Sequence record: NC_042136.1
Reading direction: 5' to 3' (one strand)
DNA length: 64,000 nucleotides
The position numbers were made by a program, and so were the translations under genes. Positions 57,964 through 64,000 of the stretch are shown in pieces. How positions within the stretch are numbered: position 1 is the first letter of the stretch; the number at the start of each line of letters is the position of its first letter. Below the pieces are notes generated by a model that did no database searches, had not been told where the DNA came from, and was given only the letters and a program-made list of their open reading frames with translations.

Positions 57964-58270
57964 TAAAGAGTTTTGTTTTATCGAACTGAAAGCATTCTTG
58001 GAAAAAGAAATCGCTTTGTTAAACGAACCATCTAAACATACCCGGGTACACGAGCTGTATGAAGAGTATTCGGTCCCATTTGGTAAAAGGCTACTAGCGT
58101 ACCTAAAAACCACTAACATCGATTCTCGTTACTTACACGACGCTTACGGTTTAGACTTCCGTAAGAACGACGAAGGTGGATGGGAAGTGTTGTTAAATGA
58201 GATGGTGTGTGAGTTGCTTCATTTTAAAGACTCGGGAAGAGTTGTACTCGATTTGAAGCCAAAAGTATGA
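57953..58270 (+). CDS. hypothetical protein
   Basis: 105 aa, AAGGAG RBS, overlaps the upstream stop. Confidence 0.7.
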   Translation: MSCNKEFCFIELKAFLEKEIALLNEPSKHTRVHELYEEYSVPFGKRLLAYLKTTNIDSRYLHDAYGLDFRKNDEGGWEVLLNEMVCELLHFKDSGRVVLDLKPKV

Positions 58271-58279
58271 TAAACTTTT

Positions 58280-58320
58280 ATGGGATGATCAATTAATAGG
58301 TCGTCCCATTTTTTTATTTA
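58280..58320 (+). terminator. intrinsic terminator
   Basis: ATGGGATGATC/GGTCGTCCCAT stem (with G-U pairs) followed by a T-run. Confidence 0.6.
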
Positions 58321-58335
58321 AAGGAATTTATTTTT

Positions 58336-58860
58336 ATGCAAGTAGATTTACAACCCGCAGAAGATTTGTTTTTGACTCTGCATCAAGCTATGGGTTTCTT
58401 AACCACTCCTACTAAGGAGTTAGAAGAACAAGCTAAAAATAGCAAACGTCATAAGTTCGAGTTAGTCCTAGTGGATTGCTTTAACCCTAGTGAATGTTGG
58501 TATCGTGAGTTTACCGTTGCTCTTACCGTAGCGTGGGATGCAACACGAGGTGAACGCCTTGCCTTCTTAACCGTTATCGACGAAGACCTAGGGAATCTAA
58601 GAAACATCGTTTCCATTGACCTCACGGACATCACCAAGCCGATCAGTGAACACTGGGAGTCACTCATTCGTTTAATCGCTGTTTCTCATCCAGAGACCTT
58701 GGGACGCATTGCCGTGGCCGGTTCACATATTGAACGATCTCGCACGATTCCATTAAAGGACCGTACCGCTGGACTTCACAAGTTTTGTGACTTCCAACGT
58801 AACCAATTTATTTCATTAGTAAAATCTTTCGCAGACTTAGAGGTGTCAGAAAATGAATGA
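58336..58860 (+). CDS. hypothetical protein (array member, lacks the N-terminal beta-sandwich)
   Basis: 174 aa; LEEQ and RNIV...ESLIRLI match the ORF at 59658. Confidence 0.75.
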   Translation: MQVDLQPAEDLFLTLHQAMGFLTTPTKELEEQAKNSKRHKFELVLVDCFNPSECWYREFTVALTVAWDATRGERLAFLTVIDEDLGNLRNIVSIDLTDITKPISEHWESLIRLIAVSHPETLGRIAVAGSHIERSRTIPLKDRTAGLHKFCDFQRNQFISLVKSFADLEVSENE

Positions 58861-59647
58861 GCGTTTATTCTCTTTACAAATCAGCAAACAAATTCACTCC
58901 GTAGGTGATACTATTAAAGTTTTCCCTTACCAACAACACTTAGCTAGTTTAACAGACCAGCACGAACTTAGTGCTGAAGTGCTGATCAACGGTATCACGT
59001 TATACACCAACTTACCATTGAACCAAATCTCTTACTCTCTGGTAGACCATGAAGAGAATCTGGTCGGTAAAGAGTACGAGCTCAACATCCGTATTAAGCG
59101 TGCTGAAGAAATCGTCATGGAGTCAGAAACCATGAAAGTGGAATGTGGTACCCGTCTGGCAACCGAAACCCATGATGCGATGGCTGTAGCAGCTGGGTGG
59201 GATTGGATAGGTAAACTTGCTCGTATACTTGCGATTATCCACGAGAATTATGTTGGTCGTGAACATCCAGAAGAACGCACTAAGTTGTTTGGTTGGTCGG
59301 TAGGTCCTTCTTACTATGAGTTGTACTGGGTGGAGAACGAAGAACGTTTTCCGACCATGGAACTTAACGTTTGCCCGACCAATGACTTGGACGATATCAA
59401 ATCGTACGAAATCAAAACCGAAAGCACACTGGGTGCAGCTCGTGGGTTAGCTAAAGCCGTGGAAGAAAACGAATGGATGTTATCTCCTGCTTTCCGTGTC
59501 ATGATGATTGAACAGCCTATTGGACGTGATCTCATGCACCATTATCAGTTCTTGTTGGCGTATGCTATTGGTGACGCTCCTGCGTTGTCTCTTCCTAATG
59601 GTTTACGACTCGTTAACCGTGCGGCGACAACACCCAGTCGCCGTTGA
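58853..59647 (+). CDS. hypothetical protein, N-terminal beta-sandwich (array member)
   Basis: 264 aa, GAGGTG RBS. Confidence 0.8.
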   Translation: MNERLFSLQISKQIHSVGDTIKVFPYQQHLASLTDQHELSAEVLINGITLYTNLPLNQISYSLVDHEENLVGKEYELNIRIKRAEEIVMESETMKVECGTRLATETHDAMAVAAGWDWIGKLARILAIIHENYVGREHPEERTKLFGWSVGPSYYELYWVENEERFPTMELNVCPTNDLDDIKSYEIKTESTLGAARGLAKAVEENEWMLSPAFRVMMIEQPIGRDLMHHYQFLLAYAIGDAPALSLPNGLRLVNRAATTPSRR

Positions 59648-59657
59648 GTGAGGATAT

Positions 59658-60347
59658 ATGAAAATCATCCATCATAAAAGTGTCGTTGAACCCGACACCT
59701 ACTTTACCTTTCAAGCCATCGACTTTCAAAGTAACCCTAAGTCTACCATTAACGTGGGGATAGCGAATGAGAGTCAAGCTCGACATCGTGCTTGTAGTGT
59801 TCATCGTTATCCTACGGCTAATGGTTCTTACACGTGTTTCTTAGACACTCGTGGTTTAAAGAAAGGGGATTACTCTTTACAAATCTGGCCGAGCAGTAGC
59901 ATCCGTGAATCCCAATACATCGGATTTACTATCGGGGATGCCCCTGACACTTACCCGGGGTTAACGAAAGAGTTGAGTCATTTCTACGCTTATTTGTTGA
60001 AATGGTGTGCTAACTTAGAAGAACAGGAAACCACCCTAGTGACGAGTCATTTGAAGTTTACTCCGACCGTGGTGTCCGACGTAAACACATTACTCGTGTC
60101 TCCGTCGTTGTCACGTAACTTTGTAGAGTTATCGGTGGATAGCTTCAATGACGACTTTGAATCACTGCTACGGTTGTTGTCAGCTCACTACGGCGAGTTC
60201 CGTAATATGTTTGATAAACCTGACTTTAAAGAGTTGAGTTCACACTTAACCATACTGGGTAAAATCAACACTGATCCCCTACCCGCTATCGAACGCTTTG
60301 TTTCTATATTCCCTAACGTCGCTGTGCCGAAGGAGACAGCATGCTAA
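59658..60347 (+). CDS. hypothetical protein, N-terminal Ig-like domain (array member)
   Basis: 229 aa; FLDTRGLKKGDYSLQI is typical of Ig-like strands. Confidence 0.75.
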   Translation: MKIIHHKSVVEPDTYFTFQAIDFQSNPKSTINVGIANESQARHRACSVHRYPTANGSYTCFLDTRGLKKGDYSLQIWPSSSIRESQYIGFTIGDAPDTYPGLTKELSHFYAYLLKWCANLEEQETTLVTSHLKFTPTVVSDVNTLLVSPSLSRNFVELSVDSFNDDFESLLRLLSAHYGEFRNMFDKPDFKELSSHLTILGKINTDPLPAIERFVSIFPNVAVPKETAC

Positions 60348-60967
60348 TCAAGAAAATCAACAGTATCGCAGATTTACCTAAAGACATAGAAAACTATCGA
60401 CGCGGCATGATCACTCGTCAAAACGATGGTGAGACTAACCGCATCCTTATCACTATGGTGTCGGGTAAGGAGAAGCCGTATTTCCATTTAGATAATAAAA
60501 CGTGTGGTGATCCAGAAGAAGCGTTAGCGTTTTTACTGGCGATCAAGGGTGATTATTCTAGCGCGGAAGTCTACGGGACCTTTACACCAGAAGTAGTGGG
60601 TTTCTTACGTGAACATGGATTCTACGCCAACTTATTACCGTGTAATCTTTTCCACTCGTTTAAATCATTGAGAATCGTTCGTGTGAAAGATGTTGAAGAC
60701 ATCGAGTTCCAAGAGCACGTTAAAGTAGGTTCGGTCTTTAAGAAAGAAGATACGCTGACTTATCAATGCTCGACCGATAAACCGGAAGATGTTCCTGTTG
60801 TCATCCTAGTCAGCATCGGTAACATTGAAACGATTAACGAACTCACTAATGTGCTGTCGTTGATCAAGCTGCATGAGAAAACCGCTAACGTTTACATCGA
60901 GTGTGGTGATGGCTTTTCTAAATTAATGACTGAAAAAGGGATACGACACGTTGGCTACCGACATTAA
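60341..60967 (+). CDS. hypothetical protein with two degenerate GNAT-like repeats (putative)
   Basis: 208 aa, AAGGAG RBS; internal two-fold pattern, the first repeat ending FLREHGF. Confidence 0.65.
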   Translation: MLIKKINSIADLPKDIENYRRGMITRQNDGETNRILITMVSGKEKPYFHLDNKTCGDPEEALAFLLAIKGDYSSAEVYGTFTPEVVGFLREHGFYANLLPCNLFHSFKSLRIVRVKDVEDIEFQEHVKVGSVFKKEDTLTYQCSTDKPEDVPVVILVSIGNIETINELTNVLSLIKLHEKTANVYIECGDGFSKLMTEKGIRHVGYRH

Positions 60968-61304
60968 AGAACCAGAACGCTGGAATGGTGTAGAAGTCTG
61001 GACCTACGATCCCGCTCGTCAAGATGACTACAGTGAGATCCGTAGTTTGGATACGTACTCTTTTGTTTACGTAGGGATGGAATACGACACTCACGCGGAA
61101 TGTTCGTATTTGTACGCGCATGAAGATAATCGCGTCCCAGTAGTGATTATGGAGTATATGTCTAGAGACTGTTTGGTTTCTCATTTCCAGTGCTTAGAGA
61201 AAGCCAACAAGAAACGCATTTTGGTGTTCATCCCTAATAACCTTGATTTACTCAATATCTTGGATGAATTAGAGATACCTTATCAATCTGCATCCGGCGA
61301 ATAA
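60951..61304 (+). CDS. hypothetical protein, paralog of the upstream repeat
   Basis: 117 aa; EDNRVPVVI matches EDVPVVI. Confidence 0.65.
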   Translation: MATDIKEPERWNGVEVWTYDPARQDDYSEIRSLDTYSFVYVGMEYDTHAECSYLYAHEDNRVPVVIMEYMSRDCLVSHFQCLEKANKKRILVFIPNNLDLLNILDELEIPYQSASGE

Positions 61305-61312
61305 ACATAATC

Positions 61313-61362
61313 CTATCCTCTCCTCCTTTCGGGGGAGAGGATAGTTATGTCTTTATTTTTTT
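61313..61362. terminator. terminator between convergent genes
   Basis: CTATCCTCTCCTCC-tttc-GGGGGAGAGGATAG, then TTTATTTTTTT. Confidence 0.8.
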
Positions 61363-61993
61363 ATTGCAAAGCTCTTAAACGTTCTTCTAAGATCGCGATG
61401 TATTTACGATCTTCGATTTGTTCTTTTTCAAGCTCTTTAATACGGATAGCATCTGCGGCTGACTTTTTGATTTTCTCTTTACGAGTGTTCTCAAACACTT
61501 CGGCTTGTTCTCGACTCACGTACGCTTTAGTAGGTACGGTACCGACGTAAACCTCCGGTGTATCAATACCGGTGATCGCTTTCGTCTGGTCTTTCAAAAA
61601 GTTACGATAAGTGTTGAGTTGATCTTTAAGAGATGGTGGGACAGCACCGAGATCGATGATGTAACACAAATGCTCATACAACACACCATCCACTAATGGG
61701 AACGATTTGAAGTGTGTCGAAGGAATGTGTAAGGTCGGTAATCCCGGACCTACCAAAGTGACAATAACCCCTTGGCTGGCATCCACATCATCCATTAATG
61801 TTGCGGACTCGTCTGAACTTAATCCTACCGGAGCACCGACTAATTGGTGGGTGTTTACTTTAGCAATATTAAGTTCGTCAACCGTACGCAGTGCTTCTAC
61901 TACGTAGACCAGCTTAGGATCACATATCTGGTCAAAGGGTTCTAAGGCGACAAAGGAACCTTCAGCACCCATTTCTGGAATGACGTTATTCAT
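61361..61993 (-). CDS. conserved phiKZ-like protein, probable virion component
   Basis: 210 aa, C-terminal coiled coil, coupled to the upstream gene; assignment from recall. Confidence 0.5.
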   Translation of the reverse strand: MNNVIPEMGAEGSFVALEPFDQICDPKLVYVVEALRTVDELNIAKVNTHQLVGAPVGLSSDESATLMDDVDASQGVIVTLVGPGLPTLHIPSTHFKSFPLVDGVLYEHLCYIIDLGAVPPSLKDQLNTYRNFLKDQTKAITGIDTPEVYVGTVPTKAYVSREQAEVFENTRKEKIKKSAADAIRIKELEKEQIEDRKYIAILEERLRALQ

Positions 61994-63317
61994 TAATTAC
62001 TCCGTCTTGTACCATTTGCCAATACGTTGGGCATAAGTAGTTGACTTTATCAATACGTTTGGTAACATAAAGAATATCGTTACGCTCAAGACGTTTTACA
62101 CCAGCTGGAGGAATGCCATCTGGTCGTACAATTTCAGCAGCAGATAACAAGGTTTCCATTTGACGGATAAAGTCAAAAGTTTCCGGCTCCATACGACCGT
62201 TATCGTAATCGAGCGTACTCATGATCTGGTAATCTGGGTACAGTTCACGGATTTTGATCTTACCACCGTAGTTCTTCGCTTTAGCAACAAAAGCGACTAA
62301 GGTGTTGTTGTACATGAACGGAACCGTCTGCAAAGATTTTATGAGATCTTGACTATTAATGGTCGGACAGTATTTAGTTGGAAGCGGTAACATGTCAGCG
62401 TAATCGCCGATAGGAGAATACGTGCTAGACGATTTCGTCTCGTTGATCATACCGACTGTATTCCAATAAGGGACACAAGTAAACTCTAGCGGGTTGAACA
62501 AATCCGGTAAATGAGGTTCCCAAACCACTTCATCGAAAACTGAGTTATTCAGAATTTCTTCTTTGATGGTTTCGTACAATTGCTCATCAACGTCAGAGGC
62601 ATTTCCGTAAATAATGGCTGTGAAATAGATCGGGACCGTTTGATCGTTAGTCGTATCGATGAACTCGAACTTCACAGACTTACGTGCGGTGTACGGGTAC
62701 TTTTGTCCTTCTGTCAGTTCATTAATGCGTTCTTGAATGACGTCGGGAGTTTCTTTTTCCAAACGTGCTTGGATTTCCAAGTGGTTGTGGTTAATGAGAT
62801 AATCGATGTCTTCACGAGGAAGAGGTAGATCGATCAGGATTTCACGGAACGGGTATTCTGCTGCGAAGTAACCAGTAGCGTACCAAATACGGGCAGTGAT
62901 TTTGTCTTCGGTGGTCACAAAAACCATCTCAACAAAGGACGGCATGTATAACGTACCGTTAGTCACCATTTCACCGACGCTAACAATTTCGACATCTTTC
63001 GTGAAAGTAGCGCGTAACTGCTGTAAACAGTCCTGTGCGTTTTGTGTTAAGTTGCCACGTTTAGCTTGATCCAATAACCATATAGTGATTTCGTTTTGAC
63101 GATCAATGGTCGCCTGATCAATCGTTACTTCTGTGTCTTCTGTGTCACGGGAATAAAAGTTGATAAGGGTGGTCGTGCCCTCTTTACTAGTGTAATAGTT
63201 TGGATCTTTACTAAAAGTAAGTTCTGACCCCGTTGGTTCACCAATGGGAGACGTTACCAAGGGGTGGTGATCATGTAGTTCCGGAATGCTTCCGAACGAT
63301 AAGAAGTTAACAAGCAT
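61986..63317 (-). CDS. conserved phiKZ-like virion structural protein (putative)
   Basis: start moved to ATG 63317 (GTGGGA upstream), which removes the overlap with the divergent gene; 443 aa. Confidence 0.55.
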   Translation of the reverse strand: MLVNFLSFGSIPELHDHHPLVTSPIGEPTGSELTFSKDPNYYTSKEGTTTLINFYSRDTEDTEVTIDQATIDRQNEITIWLLDQAKRGNLTQNAQDCLQQLRATFTKDVEIVSVGEMVTNGTLYMPSFVEMVFVTTEDKITARIWYATGYFAAEYPFREILIDLPLPREDIDYLINHNHLEIQARLEKETPDVIQERINELTEGQKYPYTARKSVKFEFIDTTNDQTVPIYFTAIIYGNASDVDEQLYETIKEEILNNSVFDEVVWEPHLPDLFNPLEFTCVPYWNTVGMINETKSSSTYSPIGDYADMLPLPTKYCPTINSQDLIKSLQTVPFMYNNTLVAFVAKAKNYGGKIKIRELYPDYQIMSTLDYDNGRMEPETFDFIRQMETLLSAAEIVRPDGIPPAGVKRLERNDILYVTKRIDKVNYLCPTYWQMVQDGVINE

Positions 63318-63357
63318 AATAGTTTCCCACTTATAAAAACAATAAGGTGTGTTAGCG

Positions 63358-63783
63358 ATGTTTATAGTTCTAAAAGAACTGGCGGACAGATTCATAGAAT
63401 CCATAGTCCCAAAGGTTCAAGGAGAGACATACGAAGAAAAGATTCGAGTGGTATTAAGATGGACCATTTTCTATGCAACTATCGTGACGTGGTTAGTATT
63501 CGGGCTAGGCTTGCAGTACACACACGCTATGTTAAGCAAAAAAGAATGGGAAGAGACCAGTGAGGTTATACAACAAATCTTTGCGGTGGACGATAACCCG
63601 TTAAAGTCCTTCGTTACGATTAACCGTGGCCTTACGGCTCGCTTAGAGACTATTCAGGATGAGCACATCGCCGTATTAAAAGAGCGAGCACTCCTCATCA
63701 GAGATATCGAAAGGTTGACTCAAGACAACTTGGAACTGAAGCAGTTCATTGAAACGGCTCAGTGTGAAAAACAATCAGAATAA
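63358..63783 (+). CDS. membrane-anchored coiled-coil protein
   Basis: start moved to ATG 63358 (TAAGG RBS); one TM helix, then heptad repeats. Confidence 0.65.
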   Translation: MFIVLKELADRFIESIVPKVQGETYEEKIRVVLRWTIFYATIVTWLVFGLGLQYTHAMLSKKEWEETSEVIQQIFAVDDNPLKSFVTINRGLTARLETIQDEHIAVLKERALLIRDIERLTQDNLELKQFIETAQCEKQSE

Positions 63784-63791
63784 TGGCTATA

Positions 63792-63824
63792 ACTAAGGTT
63801 ACTCCTTATGGGGGTAACCTTAGT
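63792..63824 (+). terminator. hairpin
   Basis: ACTAAGGTTACTCC-ttatg-GGGGTAACCTTAGT. Confidence 0.65.
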
Positions 63825-63879
63825 ATATTATTACCGGAAGTGTTATATATAGGTAATCAAAATAACTAGTGGTAAAACA

Positions 63880-64000
63880 ATGGCGACTCTAAAAAGAAAC
63901 ATGGTAGTCTACATCGGGATGGGTGTAACTACTTTTAAAGCGACACGTGTCAAACCGGAACACAAAGAGTTTTATACCGCACTGCATGGCTATACTTACG
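63880..64000 (+). CDS. partial CDS truncated by the window end
   Basis: ATG at 63880, open to the end (MATLKRNMVVYIGMG...). Confidence 0.5.
   Translation, partial: MATLKRNMVVYIGMGVTTFKATRVKPEHKEFYTALHGYTY

Noticed and set aside
1146-62828. Numerous 60-135 aa ORFs antisense to or out of frame within long genes (e.g. 4251-4718, 12277-12681, 23975-24298, 38229-38765)
   Set aside because: Shadow ORFs fully overlapping well-supported genes, with no RBS or motifs
63823-63850. Seventh early promoter (GTATATTAT...GTGTT)
   Set aside because: Spacing to GTGT is 8 nt rather than 4 and it overlaps a terminator arm; too degenerate to call
1-64000. tRNA, rRNA, IS/transposase, integrase or alternative genetic code
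   Set aside because: No cloverleaf or rRNA-like segments or transposase motifs seen by eye; long ORFs are intact under the standard code, with TAA, TAG and TGA all used as stops

Overview
This is a 64 kb segment of a phiKZ-like jumbo phage genome (Chimalliviridae-type), inferred from gene content and order; a Vibrio-type host is plausible but not demonstrated. Positions ~3.9-25 kb form the morphogenesis block: portal, conserved virion proteins, RuvC, a holin candidate plus a spanin pair, four paralogous tail/baseplate-fibre proteins and an HxH-tipped central spike. Positions ~25-61 kb carry replication and accessory genes: SbcC/Rad50, a HAD phosphatase, NAD-dependent ligase, RNase HI, a GroEL-like chaperonin, thymidine kinase, an Ig-repeat protein and an SF2 helicase with a class-3 intein. 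Several tandem paralog families of unknown function are interspersed. Six intergenic copies of a bipartite motif, CTATATWRY-N4-GTGT(A), look like early promoters, and every copy overlaps an inverted repeat. The early unit at 34.4-37.3 kb encodes a sensor-less protein with about five AraC-type HTHs and an Acb1-like anti-CBASS 2H phosphoesterase. A 261-bp tandem duplication around an N at 8950 is probably an assembly artefact. No tRNA, rRNA, CRISPR array or IS element was seen. All family assignments come from motif recognition by eye, not from database searches.
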